Shown: in pieces, positions 26,602 through 36,830 of the stretch | Numbering within the stretch: the first letter of the stretch is position 1 | Layout: each line of letters begins with the position of its first letter | DNA from: a virus | Length of the DNA stretch: 64,000 nucleotides | IMG/VR virus record: IMGVR_UViG_3300016471_001035 | Coordinates: 1 to 64,000 of that record | Reading direction: 5' to 3' (one strand) | The notes under the pieces: model-generated | The model's database searches: none | What the model saw: only the letters and a program-made list of their open reading frames with translations | Told to the model about the DNA's origin: nothing | Position numbers and translations under genes: made by a program

Positions 26602-27186
26602 ATGACGATGTTAGATATTAATCTAATAGATGAACCACTAGATATAGATTCTTTTTCTTATCTTAGCGACTTAGATTATCCTTATTGTTTATTAGGATTT
26701 CAATTGAAAAATCTATATGATCAAAAGCGATTAGTAATAAACAAAGATTATTCTCCTAAAGATATTATACATTTAATTCCTGGAGAAACAGTTATGCCTA
26801 AATTTTTTAGAGGTATCAAGCTTTCAGTAAATCCGAGGTTTAATTATTTAATTACAAAGCTAGAATCATTAGGGTCCATACCTTCCAATGAAATAGATAA
26901 AAAATTTTATGTTGAAACATTAAACGAATATGAGTTAAGCTGTAATAATTGTTTTGCGTATTTACGTAAAGGTATTTACCCCATTGATAGTGAACATTTA
27001 GAATATTTTACAGATCTAAAAATTTCGCAAGAAGAATTATATTCAAAAGTTTTAGATTCGAGCAATTTAAATGCTTTTCAATCTTTAGGATATTTTGTTA
27101 TTTATGTTCTAAGTAATAAAAATATATTCAAAAGTACAACAAATAATTTTCTTCATGCAGTGGTAAAAAAATATTCAAAAAGTTAG
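26602..27186 (+). CDS. hypothetical protein
   Basis: ORF with TTGATA..TATAAT upstream. Confidence 0.55.
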   Translation: MTMLDINLIDEPLDIDSFSYLSDLDYPYCLLGFQLKNLYDQKRLVINKDYSPKDIIHLIPGETVMPKFFRGIKLSVNPRFNYLITKLESLGSIPSNEIDKKFYVETLNEYELSCNNCFAYLRKGIYPIDSEHLEYFTDLKISQEELYSKVLDSSNLNAFQSLGYFVIYVLSNKNIFKSTTNNFLHAVVKKYSKS

Positions 27187-27234
27187 TTTTTTTATAAAAA
27201 ATCTTTATAAATATTTTTTTATTTTTTACAAACA

Positions 27235-29490
27235 ATGAGTGCAATTATGGTTAAAAAGAGGGATGGGGAATTAGAGAAATTTAATATAGACAAGATTCAT
27301 AAAGTAATTAACTGGGCCATAGATAGTATTTCAGAGGTAAGTTTGTCCGAAATAGAAATAAATGCCAAGCTTAATATTATAGAAAATATTTCTACAAGAG
27401 AAATACATCAGGTATTAATTGAATCTGCAGCTAATTTAATATCCATAGACAAGCCTAACTATCAATTTGTAGCTAGTAGACTTCTTAATTATCAACTTCG
27501 GAAAGATGTATGGGGTGGAAAGCATGCTCCGAGATTAATTGATGTTATATATCACGGTATTCGTAATAAGGTTTATGACGATCAAATTTTAACAAAATAC
27601 TCAGAAGATGAAATTAATAAGATAGGGGAATTTATTGATCACGATAGGGATTTTAACTTTACTTATGCGGGTATAAAGCAGCTATGCGACAAGTATTTAA
27701 TTAAAAACAGAATAACAAATAAAATTTTTGAAACTCCACAGTTTGCTTATATTTTAATTTCAGCTTACGCTTTTATAAATTATCCAAAAGAAAATAGGCT
27801 TGAGTATGTAAGAAGGTTTTATAATGCTATTTCTAGACATAAAATAAATCTACCTACCCCCATAATGGCAGGTGTAAGGACAAATTCTAAGAGCTATGCA
27901 AGCTGTTGCTTAATTGGAGTTGATGATAATAAGGAATCAATCACCGCATCTGGCACTGCAGTATCGATAGCTACAGCTAGTAGGTGTGGAATAGGCATTG
28001 ACATCTCAAAGATACGTGCAATAGGCTCTTCAGTGAATAACGGTGAAGTCGTGCATACAGGTGTCATACCATTTTTAAAAATATTCGAAGCTTCTGTTAA
28101 AGCTTGGCAGCAAAATGGCCTTAGAGGTGGATCTGCTACAACAAATATTCAGTGGTGGCACTATGAGATAGACGATGTTGTTGTTTTAAAAAATAATGCT
28201 GGTACAGACGACAATAGAGTCAGAAAGCTAGATTATACAGTAGGTATGTCTAAGCTTTTTTATGATAGAGTTATAAAAAATGAGAATGTTACATTGTTTA
28301 GTCCACATGAAGTCCCCCATCTTTATGATGCATGGGGTACGTCTAAATTTAATAAAATATATGAAGAATGTGAAGAAGATAGGAAAATAAAAATAAAGAA
28401 AAAAATTTCTGCAAGAAAATTATTTTCTTTGATAGTAAAAGAAAGAGTAGAAACAGGAAGAATTTATATTCTTAATGTTGATACCGCTAACGAACATACA
28501 TCATGGCAAGATAAAGTTACAATGAGTAATTTATGTACAGAAGTTATACATCCCACTATCCCATTAAAGGATTACCATGATCATGAAGCTGAGATCGGTA
28601 TGTGTATTTTGTCAGCTATTAATATGCTGGAGATTAAAGATTGGAAAGACCTGGAAAAAACTACTGATCTTGCAGTAAGATTTTTAGAGGAAATAATAGA
28701 TATTCAAACTTATTTCAATAAAGCAGCAGAAAATTTTGCTAAAAAAAGACGCAGTTTAGGTATCGGTATTACAAATTTAGCAGCATTTTTAGCAAAAAAT
28801 AATGCTTCTTATAGTTCAAAGCAGGCTTTAAATTTGGTTGATGAGTACATGGAGCATTTTCAATATTACTTACTTTTATCAAGTGTTAATCTTTCAAGAG
28901 AAAAAGGTAAGTGCGAAAAGTTTGATAGAACAAAATATTCTAAAGGAATATTACCTATAGACACCTACAAGAAAAAGGTTGATGAAATAGTAAAAAGAAA
29001 ACTTTCTCTTGATTGGGAGCATTTAAGAGATGAAATTAAAAAACATGGATTAAGACATTCTACACTTTCTTGCTGTATGCCTTGTGAGAGTAGTTCTGTT
29101 ATTCAGAGCTCAACTAACGGTATTGAACCTGTAAGATCACTTATAACTTTTAAAACCTCTAAGATGGGTAAACTACCGGTACTAGTGCCTGGGGTTGGTA
29201 AATACCATGAAAATTATGAATTTGCTTTTGATTTTGAAGATAACGTCGGGATAATAAATCTTAACGCTGTTATTCAAAAGTATATAGACATGGCTATTTC
29301 TACAAATATCTATTACAATTATAATCATTATCAAAGCAATGTTCTGCCCGACTCAAAAGTAATGAAAGAAATTATGTATGCGTATAGCATGGGATTAATC
29401 AGTCTTTATTACAATAATACAGATGATGGAGATAAGGAACAATTAAAAGAAAAAGAACCTGATTGCTCTAGCGGAGCTTGTAAGCTATAA
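27235..29490 (+). CDS. nrdA: ribonucleotide reductase class Ia alpha subunit
   Basis: ATP cone VKKRDG; PTPIMAG; SCCL; SNLCTE; SSTNGIEP; C-terminal CSSGACKL. Confidence 0.97.
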   Translation: MSAIMVKKRDGELEKFNIDKIHKVINWAIDSISEVSLSEIEINAKLNIIENISTREIHQVLIESAANLISIDKPNYQFVASRLLNYQLRKDVWGGKHAPRLIDVIYHGIRNKVYDDQILTKYSEDEINKIGEFIDHDRDFNFTYAGIKQLCDKYLIKNRITNKIFETPQFAYILISAYAFINYPKENRLEYVRRFYNAISRHKINLPTPIMAGVRTNSKSYASCCLIGVDDNKESITASGTAVSIATASRCGIGIDISKIRAIGSSVNNGEVVHTGVIPFLKIFEASVKAWQQNGLRGGSATTNIQWWHYEIDDVVVLKNNAGTDDNRVRKLDYTVGMSKLFYDRVIKNENVTLFSPHEVPHLYDAWGTSKFNKIYEECEEDRKIKIKKKISARKLFSLIVKERVETGRIYILNVDTANEHTSWQDKVTMSNLCTEVIHPTIPLKDYHDHEAEIGMCILSAINMLEIKDWKDLEKTTDLAVRFLEEIIDIQTYFNKAAENFAKKRRSLGIGITNLAAFLAKNNASYSSKQALNLVDEYMEHFQYYLLLSSVNLSREKGKCEKFDRTKYSKGILPIDTYKKKVDEIVKRKLSLDWEHLRDEIKKHGLRHSTLSCCMPCESSSVIQSSTNGIEPVRSLITFKTSKMGKLPVLVPGVGKYHENYEFAFDFEDNVGIINLNAVIQKYIDMAISTNIYYNYNHYQSNVLPDSKVMKEIMYAYSMGLISLYYNNTDDGDKEQLKEKEPDCSSGACKL

Positions 29491-29499
29491 TCACTAGCT

Positions 29500-30564
29500 A
29501 TGAAATCTGTTTTAAATTTAAAATTAGTAGACCATACAAAACAGCCTTTGTTTTTTGGCGAAGATTTAAATTTACAACGATACGATAAATTTAAATACCC
29601 TGTATTTTTTGAATTGTTTAAAAAGCAAGAAGAGTTTTTTTGGTGGCCTCACGAAATAGCTTTAGGGAAAGATAGAAGTGATTATAAAGATCTTTCTAAA
29701 GAAGAAAGATTTGTTTTTGATCAAAATTTAAGATTTCAAACGTTGGGTGATAGTATGTTATCGAGATCAATACATTCATTAAAGGATTATGTTTCTAATC
29801 CGGAATTAGAGATATGTATGAATACTTGGCAGCGATTTGAAGGTATACACAGTTATAGTTATTCATACCTTTTAAATAATGTGCACCCTGATGCGTCCGC
29901 ATTCTTTGATAGCATAATGGAAGACAGGGAAATTGTTAGGAGAGCCGAATTAATACGTGAAAATTATGATAAAATTTTAGGTGATGATGAGAAGAAAGAT
30001 TTGAAGCAAAAAATATTTGACTGCATACTTTCGGTTAATGTTATGGAAGGGTTAGTTTTTTATGTTAGCTTTGCATGTAGCTTTTATTTTGGGTACAGAG
30101 GTAAAATGGAAGGTAATGCAAAGATTATAAAATTTATTCAACGAGATGAGGCTCAACATTTTGCTATTACACAAAATTTAATAAAAATTTTACGTGAAGA
30201 GGAAAAAGAAGGTTTTGTTACAATAGCAAAGAAGAGTGAAGATAAAATATATGCTATATATGAGCAAGCAGTAAAGAATGAAATTGAATGGGCAGAATAT
30301 CTTTTTAGTAAAGGCTCATTGCTCGGTCTTAACGTTGATGTACTTGGAGGCTATGCTAAATGGTTATGTGATAATAGATTAAGATCTCTCGGTTATAAGA
30401 AAATTTATAATCAAAAAACTAATCCAATTTCAGGATGGCTTGACAGTTATTTAGATAGTAGTAAAGTGCAGGTCGCTCCTCAAGAAACAGAGATATCATC
30501 TTATAAAATTGGAGCACGAGATACAAATATCGACGACGAAGCTTTTAGTGATATAAAATTATGA
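29500..30564 (+). CDS. nrdB: ribonucleotide reductase class Ia beta subunit
   Basis: FFWWPHE; EGIHSYSY; EGLVFYVSF; RDEAQH; VAPQETEISSY. Confidence 0.97.
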   Translation: MKSVLNLKLVDHTKQPLFFGEDLNLQRYDKFKYPVFFELFKKQEEFFWWPHEIALGKDRSDYKDLSKEERFVFDQNLRFQTLGDSMLSRSIHSLKDYVSNPELEICMNTWQRFEGIHSYSYSYLLNNVHPDASAFFDSIMEDREIVRRAELIRENYDKILGDDEKKDLKQKIFDCILSVNVMEGLVFYVSFACSFYFGYRGKMEGNAKIIKFIQRDEAQHFAITQNLIKILREEEKEGFVTIAKKSEDKIYAIYEQAVKNEIEWAEYLFSKGSLLGLNVDVLGGYAKWLCDNRLRSLGYKKIYNQKTNPISGWLDSYLDSSKVQVAPQETEISSYKIGARDTNIDDEAFSDIKL

Positions 30565-30785
30565 TATATGAGCAAACATTACGCTCTTTAAGTGAAGAGG
30601 AGCTTTCTATTCTTTTTTTAATATGTGATAAAATGCTAGAGCCTTTAAGTATACGCGCAAAATTTCAATATTTAAAAATGCTAAGATTAAATGTTGTAGG
30701 TAAAATTATAGATGTACTACAAGCTCAAGCTTTAGAAGAAAAAAAAGAAATATTTAATTCACTTAAAAAAAAGCTGTCTGAATAA
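30561..30785 (+). CDS. hypothetical protein
   Basis: ATGA overlap with nrdB. Confidence 0.5.
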   Translation: MIYEQTLRSLSEEELSILFLICDKMLEPLSIRAKFQYLKMLRLNVVGKIIDVLQAQALEEKKEIFNSLKKKLSE

Positions 30786-30820
30786 TATAAATAAATTTTA
30801 GAAGGAGCAAAGCATATTAT

Positions 30821-30868
30821 GCACTAGGGGCGGGACGGTGGGCGCCTTTTGAGGCGACTAGTGTTTTT
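30821..30868 (+). other. GC-rich structured intergenic element (sRNA or terminator)
   Basis: GCACTAG...CTAGTGT outer stem, CGCCT-TTTG-AGGCG inner stem, T-tract; TATAAATA at 30786-30793. Confidence 0.5.
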
Positions 30869-30892
30869 TATAAAAAAAGAATAAATAATAAT

Positions 30893-31090
30893 ATGACGAA
30901 CTCTTTGTCGTCAGCAGATATTGTTTTAAGAAATTCATCTTTATACAGAGATTTCTTAAAAGAGCGTGATGAGATTTTGAGGCATAAATGGTTTATGTCT
31001 GAAAAAGAAGGAAGAGATGTAGGTTTTGAGAGAGCATTGATAGATTGGAACATACACCACAGAACGAAGTGGCGAGGCTATGGTTTTTAA
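30893..31090 (+). CDS. DUF4032-like small protein
   Basis: SSLYRDFLKERDEILRHKWFMSEKEGRDVGFERALIDW. Confidence 0.7.
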   Translation: MTNSLSSADIVLRNSSLYRDFLKERDEILRHKWFMSEKEGRDVGFERALIDWNIHHRTKWRGYGF

Positions 31091-33936
31091 GCTTCTATTG
31101 AGTTAATACTATTCATCTTACCGCCATGTGGTCCGTTGAGTTGAGGATCAGCAGGCATACGTGCAGGGCCAGTTTGTATTACCTTTTCACGCACTTCGCT
31201 TTGTGTATCTTTTTGATCTGTAGCAATCCCGTAATACGTATGCGTATGGGGATAAGATAATATAGAGTTAGGATCTGCGCCAGATCCATATACAATAATA
31301 GGCATTTTTTCTGGATTTTTACCGTCTTTACCAGTATCTGAGCCTTTTACGCTGCCTCTAACAGTACCATTTCTAAGATCATTATCATCCCCAGGTCCTG
31401 ATCCATACACCGGAATATCTTTTGCATCGCTTTGCTCGCCAACGTCAGATGCGTAAACTGTAACATCTCCAACGTTATTTGGATTTTTAGATGCGTAAAT
31501 AGGAATTCTCTCAGAACCTGAACATGGACCGCCTGTGTCAGGCGCAAATATTTTACTGTAATCAGAAGGATTAATATATCCTATAATGTCATTTTGTTTT
31601 AAATATCCTATTTTAGAATTTTTCTTTATTCTACCCCCCACAACAGATGCATCTGTAAACCCTAAATATGGTTCGCCTGTATCCTTAGCTTCACCTTCTT
31701 TAAAGGTTTTATCTTTTGCATCCTTTATAGCAGCATAGTTAGACATTGGAACTGCAAAACCTATTACATAACCATTTTTATTTTGTTCATCAGTATTTGG
31801 TGATGCATAGACGTTTGCCTCTCCTGTTTCATAAGCATCCATTGGTGCAGTTATATGGTTACACGTAAGTTCTCCTTCTACATGAAGCCCGCCTTCTACC
31901 CTGACGTTATGTGTAATGCCTAGCGATCCTTCAACTACAACTTGTTCTTGTTCTCTTTGATTAATTCTAACAACATCACCAGTAATATTAACCACTTTAC
32001 CGCCATCAATATTTACTTCATGCTGACTACCAATATTAACCTGCAGTCCAGTAATGTTTGTCATTGCTCCAGAAATATTAACTACACCAAAGCTTTTCAT
32101 GTTTAACCCCCCAGCTCCTACTAGTATATTGAATTTATTACAAACGTTTAGTGAATATGTTCCTCCAGGTAAATCGTCGACCTGAACTTGCTCGATATAA
32201 GGTGTAGGTTTTCTTGCACTGTAGGCTCCGTATTTTGATACAGCTACTTCTGATATCAACAATCTACCCTCTAGGTCAACTCTTAATGGTGAAAAATCAT
32301 TCATCACTGTACCAATAGTTTCAGTTTTATTTTTTGTAATGTCTATTATCTCGCTTCCTCCTAGTCCCATTTGTCTTTCAAGTTCAGTTAATTCTCCTAT
32401 TTTCGATCGAATTAAATCCGGGATTTGTGATTTTTCAGGTGTTTGTGAGAAATTGCCTCCAGCAGAACTAGGACTCGAGCCACTACCACCGCATGTTTCA
32501 CATGGACTGCCAAATGCATCACCTGGACCTGATATATATGTACTTCCGTCTGCTGTACCGCCAATTGTATCCATCGGGCTTATATAAACTGGTTCTCCCT
32601 GATGTCCTATGCCATTTTCAATATTTGGTGTTAAGCCCCCGGGGCCTGGGCTTTTTAGCCAAGAAGTATTTCCTCTATTAAATGCAGTAGTCCAATTCAT
32701 AACTTGCTTAAAGGCCTGACCGTTACCGCCGCTACCAACTGAAGAATTAACAGTAAATCTTTTTTCAAATGGCTTGTTACAAGATGGACATGTGTCTCTA
32801 CCTGCTCCTGATGCCCTATCAATATTAAACAAAGTTTTTATTTGATTTATAAGAGAAACCTTTTCTTTCCATTGCTGATGTACTTCTGTATCTAGTTTTC
32901 CTATTTTTTTATAAAAATCACCAATTACTATATTATCATAGTCAAAAGCAGTAAATTCATTTCTGTATCCTCTTACTGTTAAATATTGATCTTTTAAAAC
33001 TAATTTCTGATCGTTTCCTGTAGCTAGCTCTATACTTACGCTATTATTAAATTCTTTAAATGACCCCGAATAATGAGTAAATTTTAATACTTCCTTGTTA
33101 TCTGTATTAACAAAAGCTATTGTGCCGCCTTTTTGATTTATAACATACTTATTTCTATATGTTTCGGTATTAATATCTTCTGTTTCATTTTCTTTCTTGG
33201 AAACATTTTCGTAAGTACCTGGATAATCTATACCCTCGTCTAGTTCGCTATTGTCAATAGAATCTTCATCAACTATATCATGTATTCCTTTCCAATCTTC
33301 ACTTCCAAAAGATGCAGCAAATACTACCGGTTTTAAAGGGTCTCCATCATTAAAGAATACCCATACATGCGCTCCAACTCTTATAAGAGGAAATGCTCCC
33401 TTAGCACAATTGCTATAAGCCTCAGGCTTATACATAAATGAAAACTCGTTAGCAGAATTTGCATTTATTTCTGCAGGGTCGCTAAAAGCATCTTTTAATT
33501 TGTAGTAACTTATATCGTAAAGATTGGCAGGCTTTTCCCCTATTCCATCAACATTTTGTGAATCCTCTGTTACTTCGTCTTGATTAGGCTCACATGAGCT
33601 TAGATTAACAAAAGCTGTTTTTATATCATTACTGTCGCTTATTGTTGATGCGTTTTTAGAAGCGTTGAATCTACCACTAGCGCTCTCACCAGCAAGAGGA
33701 GCAGCAAGTTCTGCCCAAGGTAAAATTAATTTTAAATCTTCTAATATTTCAGTAATATCGCTACAAACATTAGCTCCTATAAATTTAAATTTTTTATCCT
33801 TAGATACCTCATTCCATTTATTATAAACTGTTGGTGATATATGGGGTACAAAAACTTTAACTCTACCTCTTTTTGCCGGGTCATTATTTTGAACGACAAT
33901 ACCTAGATAATTCCCGTAATATTTTGGATGATTCAT
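31087..33936 (-). CDS. gp5/VgrG-like baseplate hub-spike protein
   Basis: OB-fold YLGIVVQNNDP.KRGRVKV..P...PWA...VGAHVWVFF.DGDP..PV; beta-helix repeats; C-terminal HTH metal site. Confidence 0.8.
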   Translation of the reverse strand: MNHPKYYGNYLGIVVQNNDPAKRGRVKVFVPHISPTVYNKWNEVSKDKKFKFIGANVCSDITEILEDLKLILPWAELAAPLAGESASGRFNASKNASTISDSNDIKTAFVNLSSCEPNQDEVTEDSQNVDGIGEKPANLYDISYYKLKDAFSDPAEINANSANEFSFMYKPEAYSNCAKGAFPLIRVGAHVWVFFNDGDPLKPVVFAASFGSEDWKGIHDIVDEDSIDNSELDEGIDYPGTYENVSKKENETEDINTETYRNKYVINQKGGTIAFVNTDNKEVLKFTHYSGSFKEFNNSVSIELATGNDQKLVLKDQYLTVRGYRNEFTAFDYDNIVIGDFYKKIGKLDTEVHQQWKEKVSLINQIKTLFNIDRASGAGRDTCPSCNKPFEKRFTVNSSVGSGGNGQAFKQVMNWTTAFNRGNTSWLKSPGPGGLTPNIENGIGHQGEPVYISPMDTIGGTADGSTYISGPGDAFGSPCETCGGSGSSPSSAGGNFSQTPEKSQIPDLIRSKIGELTELERQMGLGGSEIIDITKNKTETIGTVMNDFSPLRVDLEGRLLISEVAVSKYGAYSARKPTPYIEQVQVDDLPGGTYSLNVCNKFNILVGAGGLNMKSFGVVNISGAMTNITGLQVNIGSQHEVNIDGGKVVNITGDVVRINQREQEQVVVEGSLGITHNVRVEGGLHVEGELTCNHITAPMDAYETGEANVYASPNTDEQNKNGYVIGFAVPMSNYAAIKDAKDKTFKEGEAKDTGEPYLGFTDASVVGGRIKKNSKIGYLKQNDIIGYINPSDYSKIFAPDTGGPCSGSERIPIYASKNPNNVGDVTVYASDVGEQSDAKDIPVYGSGPGDDNDLRNGTVRGSVKGSDTGKDGKNPEKMPIIVYGSGADPNSILSYPHTHTYYGIATDQKDTQSEVREKVIQTGPARMPADPQLNGPHGGKMNSINSIEA

Positions 33937-33972
33937 GTTGATCTTATTATTATTTACATTTATAATAGTATT

Positions 33973-34803
33973 ATGCTAATGAAAGTATCCCATGAATCTC
34001 CTGTGTCTATTCTAGAATATTCAAAGGAATATAATGATTTTGACTACTGCTTAGTACATCTATTACATCAAAACGCAGGTTCTCCGCAACAATTAGCATA
34101 TAATAATTATTATTCCCATGCCAGATCACTCTATAATAGAGAGGTATTATTAGATAACTCTATTTTCGAGCTCGGAAAAGCTTTCGATCCAGAACAATTT
34201 TATAAATCTGCAATGCTCATCAAACCGAATATGTTTATTGTTCCCGATGTTTTAGAGGATGCAGACGGTACTGTTGAGAGTTGGAACAATTTTGAAGCTA
34301 AGACCGATGATTTAAAGAAAAGTTTTTATACAAAATCGATAGGAGCTGTGCAAGGTAAAACATGGAAAGACTTAGTAGATTGTTATAAGTTTATGTCAGA
34401 TAACGCTGATATGATTGCTATTAGCTTTGATTTTAGTTATTATCAAGCTATAGGGTATGGTAAAACGGAGCTTGAAAGATTCTGCTCAGGTCGTCAGCGC
34501 TTTATTGCGGATTTAATAAATAGTAATGTATGGGATTGGAATAAGCCTCATCATCTTTTAGGATGTTCCCTAGCTAAAGAATTTAGATATTATGTCGATA
34601 GAAACGTTTACAATATTGTCTCTTGTGATACTAGTAATCCTATTGTATGTGCAATATTCGGATTAAAGTATGATGCAGATTACGGTTTAAGTAATAAACC
34701 GAAAGTTAAGTTAGCTGATCTTATTTCTCACGAATTTACTGATGAGCAACTTGATTTAGTAAAATACAATACATCGATGTTTAAAAAAATTATTAGAAGA
34801 TGA
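33973..34803 (+). CDS. dpdA: DpdA/TGT-like TIM-barrel deazaguanine transglycosylase (start probably 33973)
   Basis: LLDNSIFE, VPDVL, GAVQG, HHLLG and SCDTS mirror the TGT-fold motifs; same operon as queF; promoter TTGATC-N17-TATAAT-N6-ATG. Confidence 0.7.
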   Translation: MLMKVSHESPVSILEYSKEYNDFDYCLVHLLHQNAGSPQQLAYNNYYSHARSLYNREVLLDNSIFELGKAFDPEQFYKSAMLIKPNMFIVPDVLEDADGTVESWNNFEAKTDDLKKSFYTKSIGAVQGKTWKDLVDCYKFMSDNADMIAISFDFSYYQAIGYGKTELERFCSGRQRFIADLINSNVWDWNKPHHLLGCSLAKEFRYYVDRNVYNIVSCDTSNPIVCAIFGLKYDADYGLSNKPKVKLADLISHEFTDEQLDLVKYNTSMFKKIIRR

Positions 34804-35369
34804 GACCCTGGGTAACATTTTTTTCGCAAACTGGTACAGAGATTAATAATTTATGTAATGCTTTAGGTATATATCCGGACGCAATTATTACAAACAAACA
34901 GACTACTGATGATATTAATAAGGATTTTTTAACCATTACAACCTTTAGAACACAAAAGCTTAATAGAACAATTTTGTTCACTCTCCCTCACAAACCTAGC
35001 TTAGAGAATTATTTTGAGGTTTTAAGTAAATTTAATAACCCAGTTATAACGTTACATGGCTATTTGAGAATAATACCTAAAGAGATTTGTGAGAAGTATG
35101 AAATCTATAACCTACATCCCGGTTTAATTGACAAATACCCGTCTTTAAAAGGATTTAATCCTCAAGAGAGAGCTTTTATTGGTGGCTATAAGCATGCAGG
35201 ATGTGTTATTCACAAAGTAGTACCTGAAGTTGATGCGGGTGAAATTCTCTTAAGCCAGGGAACAAGTATAGAGGGGTTGACACTTCCACAAGTATACAGC
35301 AAATTACATAATGTTGCATTTGACTTGTGGAAAAGCTTATTTCAAGGGTATAAAATTTTAGGAAAATAA
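34800..35369 (+). CDS. PurN-like formyltransferase, probable preQ1 formyltransferase (DpdN-like)
   Basis: LHGYLRII; YNLHPGL..KYP.LKG; GCVIHKV..EVDAGEIL; between dpdA and queF. Confidence 0.75.
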   Translation: MRPWVTFFSQTGTEINNLCNALGIYPDAIITNKQTTDDINKDFLTITTFRTQKLNRTILFTLPHKPSLENYFEVLSKFNNPVITLHGYLRIIPKEICEKYEIYNLHPGLIDKYPSLKGFNPQERAFIGGYKHAGCVIHKVVPEVDAGEILLSQGTSIEGLTLPQVYSKLHNVAFDLWKSLFQGYKILGK

Positions 35370-36340
35370 TGGATATATCTTTACATTACGAAAACGTTTT
35401 TTTAAAACCTAATTTTAATAATGTTAAAACTAGGGCAGAGATAAACACTGAAGTAAATTTTTTAGGTAAAGTTTTTCGCTTGCCTGTAATTCCTGCAAAT
35501 ATGAAATGCTGTGTTGATTTTGATATTTGTAACATTTTAGACTCTAGAAATTATTTTTACGTGATGCATCGGTTTGATCATGATATCTTTGGTTTTGTAA
35601 AAGATGCTAATGAAGTGTCATTTAACAATGTTTCAATAAGTGTAGGAATACAAAATAAAGATAAAGCATTAATAACTAATTTAGCTAATAGTAAGTTTAG
35701 AGTAGATTTTATTACTATTGATGTTGCGCACGGTCATCATTCAAAAGTTGCTGATCAAGTAAAATTTATTAAAGATACTCTTCCTAAGACAAGAGTTATT
35801 GCAGGTAATGTTGCTACGCGAAATGGTGTTGAATATTTAGCTGTTGCAGGAGCTGATGCTGTTAAGGTGGGTATTGGTGGGGGGTATGCCTGCACTACAA
35901 AGGATAAAACAGGATTTACCTATCCCATGTTTAGTTGTGTTATGGAATGCGCTAGCACTGAGGCGTCAAATTTTGACATACCTGTTATAGCAGATGGCGG
36001 TGTAAGATGTAACGGAGATATAGCTAAAGCTTTAGTAGCCGGTGCTAAGATGGTTATGTGTGGCTCTATATTTGCAGCCTGCTCTGATAGCCCTGCACCG
36101 GTTGTTAAGGATGTTTCTGGAAGGCGCTTTAAGCAGTACTATGGTTCTGCTAGCGTACATAATAAGATGGATAAAAAGAATATAGAAGGTACAATGAAGC
36201 TTATGGAAACAGATTCATTTACTTATGAAGAAAAAATATTAGAAATAACTCAAGACCTGCAAAGCGCTATAAGTTACGCCGGAGGTTGCAATCTTAATGT
36301 TCTTAATTTAAGTAAAGTTGGTTACGGGGTAAGATTATGA
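35369..36340 (+). CDS. guaC: GMP reductase
   Basis: PVIPANM; YVMHRF; ITIDVAHGH; IAGNVAT; [18 protein letters not shown]; IADGGVR..GDIAKAL; [11 protein letters not shown]. Confidence 0.92.
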   Translation: MDISLHYENVFLKPNFNNVKTRAEINTEVNFLGKVFRLPVIPANMKCCVDFDICNILDSRNYFYVMHRFDHDIFGFVKDANEVSFNNVSISVGIQNKDKALITNLANSKFRVDFITIDVAHGHHSKVADQVKFIKDTLPKTRVIAGNVATRNGVEYLAVAGADAVKVGIGGGYACTTKDKTGFTYPMFSCVMECASTEASNFDIPVIADGGVRCNGDIAKALVAGAKMVMCGSIFAACSDSPAPVVKDVSGRRFKQYYGSASVHNKMDKKNIEGTMKLMETDSFTYEEKILEITQDLQSAISYAGGCNLNVLNLSKVGYGVRL

Positions 36341-36684
36341 ATCCAGACGATGTAGTTAAAGCAGTTGAATCAGCTTACCCTGAGACTTGCGAAGAGTTTA
36401 AAAAGATTCAACAAGAGCAATATGAAGTATTTTGTAAAAAACAATTTGACTACGGTCCTCATAATATTAGCTTGGGGTCAGATTTACATAAAAAAGAGGA
36501 CATTAATGCCTCTATTTCAGCAATAGTCGTACGTCTTAATGATAAGATACAGAGATTGATTAACTTAGTTTTGCGCAAAAAAACTTTTGAATCTGCAAAT
36601 GAACCGATTTTTGACGCTTTTGGTGACACATCAGTTTATTGTATTATAGCAGAAATTGTTAAGAGAAAGAAATGGTGTAAGTAA
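36337..36684 (+). CDS. DUF1599 / nucleotide-modification-associated domain 1 (Nmad1)
   Basis: F.KKQ.DYG..NI...VRLNDKI.RL.NL...E...D...D...Y.II. Confidence 0.75.
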   Translation: MNPDDVVKAVESAYPETCEEFKKIQQEQYEVFCKKQFDYGPHNISLGSDLHKKEDINASISAIVVRLNDKIQRLINLVLRKKTFESANEPIFDAFGDTSVYCIIAEIVKRKKWCK

Positions 36685-36830
36685 TGTCGTTATTAGATAT
36701 TTTTAGAAATAAAGTAGATAAAATACGTGAGTTAGAAGAAGAAAATGAAATATTGAGACATGAAGTTTATGTCTTGAAAAACTTACTTTTTAATATAGAA
36801 TTAGATGAGCTAGTTAAGAAGAAAAAATGA
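36684..36830 (+). CDS. small coiled-coil protein (48 aa, not in ORF track)
   Basis: Fills the operon gap, with overlapping start/stop codons. Confidence 0.5.
   Translation: MSLLDIFRNKVDKIRELEEENEILRHEVYVLKNLLFNIELDELVKKKK

Noticed and set aside
27235-30564. Introns or inteins in nrdAB
   Set aside because: Both ORFs are continuous and of normal class Ia length.
30821-30868. preQ1 or ZTP riboswitch
   Set aside because: I could not find the consensus elements of either family, and the position is not upstream of que or pur genes.
34800-35369. Housekeeping purN auxiliary metabolic gene
   Set aside because: Lacks the SG.GSN GAR-binding start (has SQTGTE), no other pur genes are nearby, and it sits between the DpdA-like gene and queF.
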